Shown here: piece after piece, positions 9,212 to 19,706 of the stretch | How the letters are laid out: each line of letters begins with the position of its first letter | Position numbering within the stretch: position 1 is the stretch's first letter | Assembly (NCBI GenBank): GCA_965223265.1 | Contig: OZ244999.1 | Span: 5,312,001 to 5,376,000 of the forward strand | Origin: Planctomycetota bacterium | GTDB taxonomy: Bacteria > Planctomycetota > UBA8108 > SXIK01 | Reading direction: 5' to 3' | DNA length: 64,000 bases | Translations under genes and position numbers: made by a program | Notes under the pieces: generated by a model | What the model saw: the letters and a program-made list of their open reading frames with translations, nothing else | Database searches by the model: none | Told to the model about the DNA's origin: nothing

Positions 9212-10669
9212 ATGTACGAAACAGGAACACGACCGCAAACACGCCGGCATTTCTTGGCCGGAAACGCCATGGGCATCGGCAGTATCGCCCTTGCCTGGAT
9301 GCTCAGCCGCGAGGGTCTTCTCGCTAAGCAAGAGAATCTGACAAAAGCGCGTCCAAAGCTCGATCTCAAGCCGAAGCCGACCCACTTTCCACCGCAGGCG
9401 AAGGCGATGATCTCGCTCTTCATGCACGGCGGGCCGTCACACATGGATCTCATGGATCCAAAACCGCACCTTTCAAAATACAGCGGCACGCAGTACTCGG
9501 ATGAAATCGGCTATAGCTTCTTCAACGCCGCGAGCAAGACGCTTTTCGGCAGTCCGTTCGCCTTCAAGAGGCATGGCAAGTGTGACACCGAGCTCTCTGA
9601 GTTGCTGCCCCATCTCGGTGACGTGGTCGACGACATCTGCGTCATTCGTTCAATGCACACCGGGTTCAATGGCCACGAAGTCTCGATTCGCTTCATGCAC
9701 TCAGGAATCGCGGGAGTTCTTGGGCGGCCGACGCTAGGGTCATGGCTCAGCTACGGACTTGGCTCTGAGAGCCAAGATCTCCCATCGTATATGGTTCTTA
9801 CCGACCCTGGAGGGCATCCGGTCGACGGCGTCCACAACTGGGCAAACGGCTTCATGCCGCCTCTCTTTCAAGGCACGGTGCTGCGGGCTACGGAGCCACG
9901 TATCTTCAATCTCGACACCCCCGAGCACCTCCGTGGGCGCATTCAACAAGATTCGCTGTCGCTCTTGGCCGAGCTCAATCAAAGGCATCTCGCCGCGCAT
10001 CCGGGTGAAGCGGATCTAGAGGCACGCATTGCCAGCTATGAACTGGCGGCGCGGATGCAGGTGGCGGCGAAGGAGGCGCTCGATGTATCCGGCGAGTCGA
10101 CGGCGACAAAGAAGCTCTATGGCCTCGATGACGCGACCACGCGTGAGTACGGCATGCGGTGCCTGATTGCACGCCGTCTCGTGGAGCGCGGCGTGCGCTT
10201 CGTGCAGCTCTTTCTCGGTGGCCAGCCGTGGGATAACCACTCAAACATCCGCAAGAGCCTGCCGGCAATCTGCCGCCGCACCGACAAGCCGTGCGCAGCG
10301 CTCGTCAAAGACCTCAAAGCCCGCGGCCTCCTCGACACAACGCTGGTCCACTGGGGAGGGGAGATCGGACGTCTCCCAGTGATCCAAGGCAAGAACATGA
10401 AGGACTGCGGTCGCGATCACAACGGCCAGGGGTTCAGCACCTGGCTGGCTGGCGGTGGCATCCGCGGCGGCATGACGTACGGCGAGACGGACGAGTTCGG
10501 TCACCGTGCCGTCGTCGACAAGGTGACGCCGAACGACTATCAAGCGACGGTGCTTCACCTCTTCGGCTTAGATCACACGCAGCTGATCTACGAGCACAAC
10601 GGCCGCAAGCAGCGCCTGACTGCGGAGCGGCCGTGTCGCGTCGTGCGCGAGATTCTGCAGCACGGCTGA
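9212..10669 (+). CDS. DUF1501 (sulfatase-like) protein
   Basis: TRRHFL twin-Arg-like N-terminus from ATG 9212; LFMHGGPSHMDLMDPKP; ARRLVERGVRFVQ; GEIGRLP; GRDH; usual partner of PSD1 genes. Confidence 0.92.
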   Translation: MYETGTRPQTRRHFLAGNAMGIGSIALAWMLSREGLLAKQENLTKARPKLDLKPKPTHFPPQAKAMISLFMHGGPSHMDLMDPKPHLSKYSGTQYSDEIGYSFFNAASKTLFGSPFAFKRHGKCDTELSELLPHLGDVVDDICVIRSMHTGFNGHEVSIRFMHSGIAGVLGRPTLGSWLSYGLGSESQDLPSYMVLTDPGGHPVDGVHNWANGFMPPLFQGTVLRATEPRIFNLDTPEHLRGRIQQDSLSLLAELNQRHLAAHPGEADLEARIASYELAARMQVAAKEALDVSGESTATKKLYGLDDATTREYGMRCLIARRLVERGVRFVQLFLGGQPWDNHSNIRKSLPAICRRTDKPCAALVKDLKARGLLDTTLVHWGGEIGRLPVIQGKNMKDCGRDHNGQGFSTWLAGGGIRGGMTYGETDEFGHRAVVDKVTPNDYQATVLHLFGLDHTQLIYEHNGRKQRLTAERPCRVVREILQHG

Positions 10670-10733
10670 CTTCCACCGCCTCACCGATCGGCGGAGAGCG
10701 CAGCTGCGTCTCGCCGACCGCGTAGCGTCCCGG

Positions 10734-12569
10734 TTAGTGCGCCAACATCTCCGCGGAGACTTTCTGTTTTGGCATGCCAGGCCCTTCGATCTGCACCTCG
10801 AGCGCCTTGGCGGCGCCGGCCTGGAAGTACTCGAGGCGGAAGCGATGAAAACCCGCCTCAAGCGCGATCTGGCCGGACCGCACGCGCGCGGGGTGTGGGC
10901 TGTCGTTATCAACGACGACCTCGTCGCCGATGAAAAGCACGCTCCCATCGTTCGAAACAGTGTGAAAGGTGTAGACGCCGCGGCGCGGAACTCTCAAATA
11001 GCCGTCGAAGATCATGCCGAACTGATTCGGCAGCTGGCTGTCAGGAAGCGCCAGCGATTCGGCCACACCTTCTTGGTCTGCCTTCCGGCCTCTGAGGGCC
11101 TTCGTCGTCTCCAGCGACTCCGCGAGGCGGAAGAACTGGTACGCCGCACCGGGCTCGAACTCGCCGGCCGCGACAGCGCTTCGGGGCGTCTCTCGAACAA
11201 ACTTCCCTTCCAAAACGGGTGTGATGCTTTTGCCCTGCGCGAAACCTCGAGCTTTCACCGTGGCATTCCCGCGGATTTTGAACGGGCCGCTGTAAAGCTT
11301 GGACACAGGTGTAGGATCGGTGCCATCGATCGTGTAACGGATCTCCTCGACGTTCATCTCACCTTGGATGTTCACCTCTCGTTCGTCGAGGAACACGTTG
11401 TGCTTCGAGAACCCCTTCAGGGAAAACTCATCGATGATCACCAAGCTCTCTTTGGCGGGGAGCGGAGGAAAAGGGTTGTGGGGCTCAAGCTGATACCAAT
11501 AGGCGACCGAGGCGAGATCGTCCTGGAGCGGCAGGTAACGGCCTTCGCTCTGCCAGCCCAGACTCTGAATGGTGATGCGAAGATCTTTCTCGAAGCGGAC
11601 GGGGTCAGTGATGTGCCAGCGATATTGACCAAAGCGGCGCTGCACACCCGCGTAGCGGACGTGGTAGAAGCCCGTGTAGGGGCTGCTGAAACTATCGTAT
11701 TCTTCACGATCCCCTTCGAGCCGCTCGTTGTAGCCATAGGAGCCGCAGAAATAGTCCTCTTCGCCGGTGCCGCAGATGGTGGGAAACTGCGTGTCGCCGT
11801 CGATGTAGAACTTGATCTCACCCTCGCCCCACCACCCCTCGCTGTTGGCTCCATGCGCCAGATACGTCCCCACGTAGTGACCGCGGCCTCGAATGCCGTC
11901 GACAATGGTGAAGACGTCCTTGTAAGGCAGCGGATTCACGCGGCGAAACTGCGCATGGAAGTAGGGAGTCTTCTCCGTGACGTGCTCGAGCGAGTAGTCG
12001 ATCTGGTAATAGAGCGTCGCACGGCTCGCCCCCATGTTCTCGAGGGTGATCCGAAAGCCCTTGCGAAAGGGCATCTGCCAGTAGGAATTGAATCCGCTGC
12101 GCGGATTGACGCACACAGCTAAGGATGTGATCCGCGGTTCGTTCCCCATGCCCCAGCCGGCCGCAAAGAAGTCGCCCACGGGCACCTCCACCGACGGCTC
12201 CCTTTCGTCGTCCCAATAGACGCGCAGAATCATCAAGCGGTAGTCGCCCACCGGTGTCATCCATACGTGGTTGATGACACCGGAGCCCTCGATGGCACCG
12301 AGCGTCGAGGTCGTTCCCGGCTCGATGTTGAGGTATGGGTTCACTTTCCATCCTTGGCCGAGCTCGCGAGCAGCGCGCGTCGCAGTTCCCTCTCCCAGTT
12401 CGGCCATTCCGCCCCGCCCCTTCTCGCCAGTCAGGTTTTCGGGACTGATCGAGCGCGTCTTCGCGTCCTTGAGCTTGAAGAGTTGGTCCATGCTAGGAAT
12501 CTGCGCATGCGCCATCTGTAGGGATACCCCCATAGGGACGAAAGACAGAATCAGGCTGATGCATCTCAT
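10734..12569 (-). CDS. DUF2961 (GH172-like) glycoside hydrolase with Fn3-associated and PA14 domains
   Basis: TRSISPENLTGEKGRGG, GWWGEGEIKFYIDGD, GTGEEDYF, DLASVAYWYQ; IRYTIDGTDPT (Fn3_assoc); SNDGSVLFI..DND..H (PA14); signal peptide from ATG 12569. Confidence 0.85.
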   Translation of the reverse strand: MRCISLILSFVPMGVSLQMAHAQIPSMDQLFKLKDAKTRSISPENLTGEKGRGGMAELGEGTATRAARELGQGWKVNPYLNIEPGTTSTLGAIEGSGVINHVWMTPVGDYRLMILRVYWDDEREPSVEVPVGDFFAAGWGMGNEPRITSLAVCVNPRSGFNSYWQMPFRKGFRITLENMGASRATLYYQIDYSLEHVTEKTPYFHAQFRRVNPLPYKDVFTIVDGIRGRGHYVGTYLAHGANSEGWWGEGEIKFYIDGDTQFPTICGTGEEDYFCGSYGYNERLEGDREEYDSFSSPYTGFYHVRYAGVQRRFGQYRWHITDPVRFEKDLRITIQSLGWQSEGRYLPLQDDLASVAYWYQLEPHNPFPPLPAKESLVIIDEFSLKGFSKHNVFLDEREVNIQGEMNVEEIRYTIDGTDPTPVSKLYSGPFKIRGNATVKARGFAQGKSITPVLEGKFVRETPRSAVAAGEFEPGAAYQFFRLAESLETTKALRGRKADQEGVAESLALPDSQLPNQFGMIFDGYLRVPRRGVYTFHTVSNDGSVLFIGDEVVVDNDSPHPARVRSGQIALEAGFHRFRLEYFQAGAAKALEVQIEGPGMPKQKVSAEMLAH

Positions 12570-12856
12570 GTTATTCGCCTTTCTTGTCGAGTCTGTTGAA
12601 GCAGAACTCCTGCAGCCGCTGCAGAACTGCTCGAGATCATCGCGGTGGGAAACTCGTCGCTCGACCGTGTTCGATTGAGCGTGCTCGCTCAGTGTCCGGC
12701 GTTGCGACAGGGCTTCGAACGATATGCAATCCCACGAACTCAGCACCGCCAAGGACAAGCATGTTCATGCGTCGAGTCCGTAGACCGACCACGATGCTCT
12801 TCGTCCACACCGACAAACATCTCTACCGCGCCCGACTCTGCAATCTTCGGTTTTCG

Positions 12857-14908
12857 TCATCTTTCTGCTGAAACTCGATAAATCAAACGGCAAGCGTCGC
12901 CACGGGTGATCGACTGCTCTAGTGGTATGTTCCACTCGACCGCGAGCCGCAGAATCGTGTTCTCGTCTCCCGGTAGCGCGTGACCCAGACGCCGGGCAAA
13001 GTCGCGCGCAGTGACAGGTGGCCCACCTTCTTGTTCGGCGGACCAGATCTTCCGAGCAGCCTCGGTCGCGTCTCGCGTCTCACCTCGAGCTAGCCGTTCG
13101 GCGTGCTCGATCCAGGCTGACGCTAGGTGTTCTGTTAACAGAGCGCACGGCTGGGCATCGTAGCTACCAAAGAAACCCTGTGTCCCGAGATATTGGATCG
13201 CCGGAAACCAGTCTGCGTCCTCTTGGCCTTCCACGTCGTTGAAAAAGGAGAGCATGAAACGGCGTTCGGCGAGCAAACGGACGAGCGCGTCGATGTCGAT
13301 CTCCGCCACCGTTGAACCGTCCCGCTTCGCTATCGCCAGCGCGTACGCCGCCGCTTCCGCGAGACTCATCCATGTCGGCTCGAGGCGAATGGTTCCCCAG
13401 CCGACATGTGTGGAGGAGAGGCAGACCGGCACAACGAAATTTTTGAAACCCTCGGGGAGGATCGTGAGGTAGGAGACCTGCCCTGGAAACGTCTGGTTCT
13501 TCAGCATCACCTTTCCTTCCATCTCACTCCCCGGGACCTCGCGCGGAGTGCAGGCATGGGAGTCGAGAAACCATTCGGTGATACTGATGCTATCGGGATG
13601 AACCGGCGCGCGCGCCAGATCGGGGGCGAGCTGCGCGTCATGCTCTGTAAACACCGCGCGACCGCGAATGCGGCGCGTCTCGCGCGCGTAAATCTCGTAC
13701 GGCATGTATCCGTTGTCCGGAAACTCATCTTTGGGTAAACCAAATCGCTTCCACTCCTCGCGAATCGCTGCGGGAACTGAAGGATCGTGCTGGAGAAAGT
13801 AGAGGAGTGCGAGTGTGGCTTCGCGGTGTCGCTCGGTCACCGCGCGGCGTGCATCCCAGTCTCCCTCGACATAAGGATCCTGCTGGCCGACGAGCTTCGG
13901 CCCATTCAGTCCGAACTTCTGGTTCGGCATGCTCAGTCCAGGATGGGCTGGATTCCCGACTCCAAACTGCCGGAGCAACTCGGGATCGTAACTCTTTGGC
14001 TTCTCGATCGCGACGCGGTTGATGGGGTCGCGGGTGATGATTGTCCGCAGGTTGAACCCTTGTACCGATGGGTTCGCCTCCCCAGTGCTGGCGCTCGCGA
14101 TCACCTCGTACCACTCGTCATAGCGAAATAGGTTCAGCCCCCGCGCAGCCGCCCATTTTTGCGCATCGACGTCGGCAGGGGGCCAGTTCTCGCGGCGCAT
14201 ATAAATCACACCGGCATGCTTTTCGTCGAATTCGTCGCGGGCTTCGCGGCCGACGCGATACGGGGCTCCTGCGACCGCTGCGAGGTCTGCTTCGTACGAG
14301 CAGTCCGCAAACGTCTCGGCCTCGAGAGTCAGCGTCCCCGCTCCATCCATCTCCTGAAACGTGACCGAACGGAGTCGCTCAGCTTCTCGGGTCACCGCGA
14401 CCGGATAATAACGTTTGATCACCGAGATTCGAGGCTCGGCGTCCAGGAGCTCATCGATCAGACCCTCGACAACGTGTGCCTCGTAGCGGGTCTTGGGATG
14501 ACCGGGCTGCGTAGCTCGGTAGTGAGGCGAGTCCTCGCCATATTCCTCGAAGTAGTGAGCGTAGATCTTCTGTCGCAGTTCGTCGTAGAGCGGGGCGCGA
14601 CCGCCATTGTAGAGCGTGTCCATGGTACTGAGGCCGTTCGCCAGCATCCCACCGAGATGTTCGGCGTGGCTGACGAGCTGGACGCGAAGACCCTCGCGAG
14701 CAGCGCGAACGGCACAAGCGACACCGCCGGGCGTGGCGCCGTAAACCAACAAGTCGTACCGTTGTGGGGTGTTGCTCGCAGCGCCCCGGGAATCGATGCC
14801 TTCTCCGGCCCAAGTCGAGCACGAGCTCAGACTCATCGCCGAGAGCAGCAGCCCACACACTGCCGCGCGCAGCGCGCCGCGAGCGCACCGATCACTGGCA
14901 CTCTCCAT
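12857..14908 (-). CDS. exported FAD-dependent oxidoreductase (PF12831-like)
   Basis: YDLLVYGATPGGVACAVRAAREG Rossmann motif; DCSYEADLAAVAG; YARETRRIRG; SSTHVGWGTIRLEP; start uncertain (14908 or 14983). Confidence 0.85.
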   Translation of the reverse strand: MESASDRCARGALRAAVCGLLLSAMSLSSCSTWAGEGIDSRGAASNTPQRYDLLVYGATPGGVACAVRAAREGLRVQLVSHAEHLGGMLANGLSTMDTLYNGGRAPLYDELRQKIYAHYFEEYGEDSPHYRATQPGHPKTRYEAHVVEGLIDELLDAEPRISVIKRYYPVAVTREAERLRSVTFQEMDGAGTLTLEAETFADCSYEADLAAVAGAPYRVGREARDEFDEKHAGVIYMRRENWPPADVDAQKWAAARGLNLFRYDEWYEVIASASTGEANPSVQGFNLRTIITRDPINRVAIEKPKSYDPELLRQFGVGNPAHPGLSMPNQKFGLNGPKLVGQQDPYVEGDWDARRAVTERHREATLALLYFLQHDPSVPAAIREEWKRFGLPKDEFPDNGYMPYEIYARETRRIRGRAVFTEHDAQLAPDLARAPVHPDSISITEWFLDSHACTPREVPGSEMEGKVMLKNQTFPGQVSYLTILPEGFKNFVVPVCLSSTHVGWGTIRLEPTWMSLAEAAAYALAIAKRDGSTVAEIDIDALVRLLAERRFMLSFFNDVEGQEDADWFPAIQYLGTQGFFGSYDAQPCALLTEHLASAWIEHAERLARGETRDATEAARKIWSAEQEGGPPVTARDFARRLGHALPGDENTILRLAVEWNIPLEQSITRGDACRLIYRVSAER

Positions 14909-15017
14909 GCAACCGATTGTCGGCGATCTTCGAAGCGGGATCAACGCCCCGAACGTGGCGATCCCGCCAACTGAAGCTCTCATTCAAACCCAAGCTCTGT
15001 CCCCGACCGCGATGCGC

Positions 15018-17072
15018 TCAGCGCGCCAGCATGGCCGCTCGGTCGCCGAGCTCGGAGAGAACCTCGAACGGGGGCTCGAAGGCTTTTGCGTGGAACTCGC
15101 GCGAGGTGAAGAAGTTGAATAAGTAGATGCCGTCAGCTCCATCGCGCCATAAATGCTCGGCGGCGCGGCGGTACTTCTCTGCCGTGAGCCAAGTTTCGAT
15201 CTTGCCGTTCTCGGTGCATTCGATGCCGCCGTAGATCGGCACATCCGTCAGCAGATTTTTCCACGGAGCGATCGGCAAGTCGTAGCGCTGCAGGAAAAAC
15301 TCACTCACCGTCAGAAAGTCGACCCAGCCATTCTTCGCCCAGGCAACCGGGTCGCAGCCGATGCGCAGTGCCGCGTCGTAGGAGGGCGGCGACTTGCCGA
15401 ACTCCGAGGGAACGCGCGCCGCGAGCACCAACTGACGCTGGCGCTTGGCGCCTTCTTCGTCGAGCAGTCCCCGAACGCGTTCGACCAGGGCGTTGAGCTT
15501 GGCGACACGTTCTTCGCTGCTGCCACGACTGAAAAAAGCGGGGAAGCGCTGAAAGTCGAGTTCGATGCCGTCGCAGTCGTAACGGCACACGGCCTCGGTG
15601 ATCAACTGGAAGACGTGTTCGCGCACTGCAGCATGAGAAAAGTCGAGGGCACCCCTCCCCAGGCGATAGCCTGGATGCTCGTACCAAAACCGGGTTCGCA
15701 AGAAGTCGTTGCCATGGTCGTCATTCATGCGAAACGTCAGCAGCGCCTCCATGCCATACTTCTTCGCTTCGGCGAGGATGATGGCGTACGGGTCGACACC
15801 CGCGGCGAAGAATGCGCTCATGTTCTTGTAGCGCTGCCGCTCGTGTGCGGGCCACGCGTCGCGTTCGGCATCCGTCGACTGCGTCCCACGGAGCGTTCCG
15901 ACGCTCGTCGGATAGTACATCACCTGCGCGTTGATGCAGACGAGCATGGTGTCGACGTGGCTGTCGGTCGAAGAGATCTCGTGGACGACGCGTTTGAGAT
16001 CGTCGACGGAAACCGCCACCGGTTCCTTCGCGCCAGCTCGCGTCCACATGCAGGAATCCCCGTCGAGATTGTAGAGGATGCGCCTCTCCTTGAGCGGTGT
16101 GAATCGAATCTTTGCCAAGTAAATGCTCGTCTTCCCTTCGTGCGACGAGTAGTAGCTCATCCACAGAAGACCGTCGTGCCAGACGAGCCCCGGATAGCTG
16201 GTGTCGCCGCCGCTCGGAAGCGTCAACAATGGCGTGTATCGGTTCGGTGCCATTCGCGCCAACACGGTGGTGGCGCCGGAGTCACCGTAACGGCGCGCCG
16301 AAGCCCAAAGGCTGCCGTCAGGAAGGCGAATGAAGTTTGGCCCGCCGAGGCGCAGCTTCATCTTGTGGAAGGACCAATCGCTATAGGGAGGACGGCTGCG
16401 GCCAATCCACCCTGGGCGAATGAGCGCGATCGCCTCGTCGTCGGGCATGAAACGAATCGTCGTCTCGCTGACGCCGTCGATCTTCCACTCGTCGAGCCAC
16501 TGCCAATCGATCCCGTCGGCGGACGCGTAGAGGAAACCACGCCGCGGGTCGCGCCCCTCCGCCATCTTGGAAAGCGAATACGCGCGTCCCTTGTGCCATG
16601 TCGCGCGCCAAAGCCAATGATCCTCAGCCAAGAGCTTTCGGGGCGGCGTCCAGTTCCGACCGTCGGCGGAAAAGGCGACGCGCGGAGCGCGCGTCAGATA
16701 CTCTGTGCCCTGATAGACGCTGCCACCCGCGAGTAGCATCAACCGTCCGTCAGGCATGACCGAGAGCTTAGGGTCGCGAAGGTCGATCCCGTCTTCGTCG
16801 AGGAGTGCAGCGGACTCCCACGTTTCGCCGTCGACTGATCGGATGACGCGCACCTTACCGATGGTGCCCCCGCCATGCCCACCCGCCTCACGAAACGTGC
16901 ACCACCACTGCTCCTTGAAGCGAATCAGGTCGGTAAAGGCGTTGTGCTCGCCAGCGTCCCAAATGCGTCGCACCGACACGAGCTGCGGCGCGTTGGCCCA
17001 CGCGGCCCCGAACGACAACAGAGGGGCCAGTGCCGCGCACAAGACACCGAACGCCGTTCGCGTGAAGTACAT
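15018..17072 (-). CDS. exported sialidase/BNR-like propeller fused to GHL10-like TIM-barrel hydrolase
   Basis: HNAFTDLIRF, Asp-boxes SVDGETW/SADGRNW/SADGIDW, SGGDTSYPG; C-half FRMNDDH, LDFSHAAVR, YDCDGIELDF, GADGIYLFN. Confidence 0.75.
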   Translation of the reverse strand: MYFTRTAFGVLCAALAPLLSFGAAWANAPQLVSVRRIWDAGEHNAFTDLIRFKEQWWCTFREAGGHGGGTIGKVRVIRSVDGETWESAALLDEDGIDLRDPKLSVMPDGRLMLLAGGSVYQGTEYLTRAPRVAFSADGRNWTPPRKLLAEDHWLWRATWHKGRAYSLSKMAEGRDPRRGFLYASADGIDWQWLDEWKIDGVSETTIRFMPDDEAIALIRPGWIGRSRPPYSDWSFHKMKLRLGGPNFIRLPDGSLWASARRYGDSGATTVLARMAPNRYTPLLTLPSGGDTSYPGLVWHDGLLWMSYYSSHEGKTSIYLAKIRFTPLKERRILYNLDGDSCMWTRAGAKEPVAVSVDDLKRVVHEISSTDSHVDTMLVCINAQVMYYPTSVGTLRGTQSTDAERDAWPAHERQRYKNMSAFFAAGVDPYAIILAEAKKYGMEALLTFRMNDDHGNDFLRTRFWYEHPGYRLGRGALDFSHAAVREHVFQLITEAVCRYDCDGIELDFQRFPAFFSRGSSEERVAKLNALVERVRGLLDEEGAKRQRQLVLAARVPSEFGKSPPSYDAALRIGCDPVAWAKNGWVDFLTVSEFFLQRYDLPIAPWKNLLTDVPIYGGIECTENGKIETWLTAEKYRRAAEHLWRDGADGIYLFNFFTSREFHAKAFEPPFEVLSELGDRAAMLAR

Positions 17073-17143
17073 GTTCTTCCCCGCGGCGAATTGAGAAAGT
17101 AGGACGCGGAACTCGAAGTGGATCGACGGCCGCCGCGCGCCGG

Positions 17144-17572
17144 TCAGTTGAGGTCAATGCCGACAATGTCGAAGCCGCGCCAGGCGAATTCTGTTGCCAT
17201 GCCCGACGCGGCGGCCCAGGCGACCCGATGCTCGTCACTTCTGGCCCACTTGCGCCGATTCTCCTCAGTGTCGAAGACAAGCTCCATCTGATAGTTGAAC
17301 GGCGTTGTCGCAGCGCCGATTTCGCTGGCGACTTCAGGCTCGAAGAGACGCAGCAAATTCGAGTAGAGATAGCCTTCCTGCTTCCGCAGTGCCGGAACAT
17401 ACGTCTCGGCGTACATCTTTTCAAAGGCCTCGGCGTTTTCTTCGGCGACCGAGAAGTAGATCTGCAGCAGCATCGGGCGACGGCTGGCGTCGAGTGTGGC
17501 GCTGCGCGTCATCGAGCACCCGATAGTCGAGATTGCCAAAAGGGCGAAAACTGTGAAAAGGCGACGCGGCAT
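17144..17572 (-). CDS. lipoprotein with ABM-like dimeric alpha-beta barrel
   Basis: Lipobox-like STIGC; FEKMYAETYVPALRKQEGY...FDTEENRRKWARSDEH pattern. Confidence 0.6.
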   Translation of the reverse strand: MPRRLFTVFALLAISTIGCSMTRSATLDASRRPMLLQIYFSVAEENAEAFEKMYAETYVPALRKQEGYLYSNLLRLFEPEVASEIGAATTPFNYQMELVFDTEENRRKWARSDEHRVAWAAASGMATEFAWRGFDIVGIDLN

Positions 17573-17596
17573 GTGATTGAGCTCCGAATCTTCGTC

Positions 17597-17763
17597 CTAG
17601 CAGCCTGTTGAAAAAGCGCTTCGAGCTGAAAACTGGTCGCTTCGCGTCCAGATCAGCCGCGGCGAACGCAGGTAATCTCCGAGATTTTCGAGGCTCGCCG
17701 CGGCTGATCTGGGCGTGAAGAGGCCGGTTTCTCAGCCGAATGACTTTTTCAACGGGCTGCTAG
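17597..17763 (+). mobile_element. MITE-like hairpin element, full copy (CTAG duplication included)
   Basis: CTAG-CAGCCTGTTGAAAAAG...CTTTTTCAACGGGCTG-CTAG; arms complementary over about 70 nt; non-coding. Confidence 0.85.
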
Positions 17764-17836
17764 GGGAGGCATCCGTCGCTGACTCATTCGACGACGGCTC
17801 GCCGAGAAAATCGGCAAAGCTTATGGAGGATCAAAA

Positions 17837-17926
<90 letters not shown>

Positions 17927-18051
17927 GCTCCGGTCTTGCGCTCACAAGTTACAGTTTCGCCGCGGGCACGTCCACCCAGGAATGTCCACGAATGTGTCGT
18001 CAGCTCCTCGAGTCACAGTCGCCCCCTAACCGCTTGCCGCATGCCTCACGC

Positions 18052-18585
18052 TCAGGCGTTGGTACCGCCGTTCGCACCGCCGCGGCGCTCGGCATGCCGC
18101 CGCTTCTGACGAAAAAACTGTGTCAACAGTGCGCCGCACTCCTCTGCCTGCAGCCCGCCGCCGACGTGCGGAACGTGATTGTTCGCTGAGTTTTCCAGTA
18201 CGTTGTACACTGACACGTGCGCCCCAGCCTTCGGATCTCTGGCGCCGTAGAACACGTAGGGCAGGCGTGCGAGGACAATCGCCCCTGCACACATGAGGCA
18301 CGGCTCGAGCGTCACAAAAAGCGCCGCCTCGGTCAGCCGCCACGTTGAGTAGTGCGCCGTCGCTTGGGTGATCGCCAGCATCTCAGCGTGCGCCGTGGCG
18401 TCCTGGAGAAGCTCGCGCTGGTTGTGCGCTTTCGCGATCAGCCGACCGCTCGCCAGGTCGATCACCACGGCCCCGACCGGCACCTCGTCGACTTCGAGCG
18501 CACTTCGAGCCTCCTTGATCGCGAGTGACATGAACGCGTCCGGAGGGCGCAGCGAGAAAAGCTCAAGCAACTTAGGGTCCGTCAT
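18052..18585 (-). CDS. tadA: tRNA adenosine(34) deaminase
   Basis: EVPVGAV, DATAHAE, VTLEPCLMCAGAI, YGARDPKAG, ECGALLTQFF. Confidence 0.93.
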   Translation of the reverse strand: MTDPKLLELFSLRPPDAFMSLAIKEARSALEVDEVPVGAVVIDLASGRLIAKAHNQRELLQDATAHAEMLAITQATAHYSTWRLTEAALFVTLEPCLMCAGAIVLARLPYVFYGARDPKAGAHVSVYNVLENSANNHVPHVGGGLQAEECGALLTQFFRQKRRHAERRGGANGGTNA

Positions 18586-18888
18586 GAGATCGATTCAGCA
18601 GGCACACGAATTCATCGTGGAACGACGCCACACCGCGTAGCTTCGTGACATCACATCACCGCGAATCACCGCGACGAAGGCCGCCGCACCATTCGGGCAC
18701 ACTTCTTGCAAAAACTCCCTGTGCAAGATGGAAGTTTTCCTCTGCAGAACGCGCCGAAATCTGCAGGGCGAGCGAGCTTCAAGCGATTTTGACCGGCCAC
18801 TGCACGCGACGCTCCACCGTCCACATGCTGGACGAGTGGTGCGAAGTGGGGAAACGCGGCGAAAACGAACGTGTAAGAAAGGGAACAC

Positions 18889-19368
18889 ATGCATCCTACC
18901 GACACGCAGACCAGAGATCGCAAAAAGAAAACGTCGTTCCGGCGCGCTGTACCCTGGGGACGGCTCCTCGGAGCAGCCGCCGTGCTCGCCCTGACCGTCT
19001 ACTATTTAACGCAGACGGCTCCGACCTTAGTGCCGTTGCCCGAAGGAGTCAACGTTCCGTTCCCGGCTGCGACCGAGGCACTCGAGAAAGCGTGCGCTTG
19101 GTGTGGAGAGAACTTTAAGGCGGTCGCCGGAGTCGCCGGCTTCTTACTTCTGTTCGGGCTTTTTTGCGACAAGAGCTACTACACGACATTGATCGTCATC
19201 GCGTGCCTCGGACTTGGCTTCACGTACATCTCGATTTCTGCACCGATCGACCGCCTGCTTCACTCCGTCGACGGGACGCTGAACCAAGAACGCGAGTTCC
19301 CCGACTACATGAAGGAGGATGGCGACAAGTCTCGAAGCTTCGAGCTGTCGGAGCCCGCGGATTCATAG
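18889..19368 (+). CDS. hypothetical membrane protein (about 3 TM)
   Basis: Three hydrophobic segments; AAGGGA upstream; high-GC3 codons. Confidence 0.65.
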   Translation: MHPTDTQTRDRKKKTSFRRAVPWGRLLGAAAVLALTVYYLTQTAPTLVPLPEGVNVPFPAATEALEKACAWCGENFKAVAGVAGFLLLFGLFCDKSYYTTLIVIACLGLGFTYISISAPIDRLLHSVDGTLNQEREFPDYMKEDGDKSRSFELSEPADS

Positions 19369-19475
19369 AGAACGCGCGCCGTGCCACACCGAGGGAGCCC
19401 GCCGCGCGGCTGCAACAGCCGCTGCAGAACGGAGAAAGGACTCACGCAACGCATCGCGTAAGTCCTTACAGATGA

Positions 19476-19552
<77 letters not shown>

Positions 19553-19706
19553 ACGATTTCGCTTTGACCCCGTAGGACGGGCGACTTTAGCCAAGCTCCT
19601 GCGCGAATGCAACAAAAAACGACATCGCCACCAGCGGCCGCGAAAGAACGACGTCAAGAGGCTGTTCGGCTCGGCCAAGACCGGTGAGAACGCGACGACG
19701 ATCGAC

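Noticed and set aside
10737-12122. 461-aa plus-strand ORF (also 15153-16736 +, 7038-8030 -, 27247-28353 -, 39044-40153 +)
   Set aside because: Antisense shadows of well-supported genes, expected in high-GC DNA; no motifs
1-17836. Genomic island integrated at the tRNA-Ser 3' end
   Set aside because: No integrase, no visible duplicate of the tRNA 3' end, and gene content is typical planctomycete repertoire; the far boundary could lie outside the window
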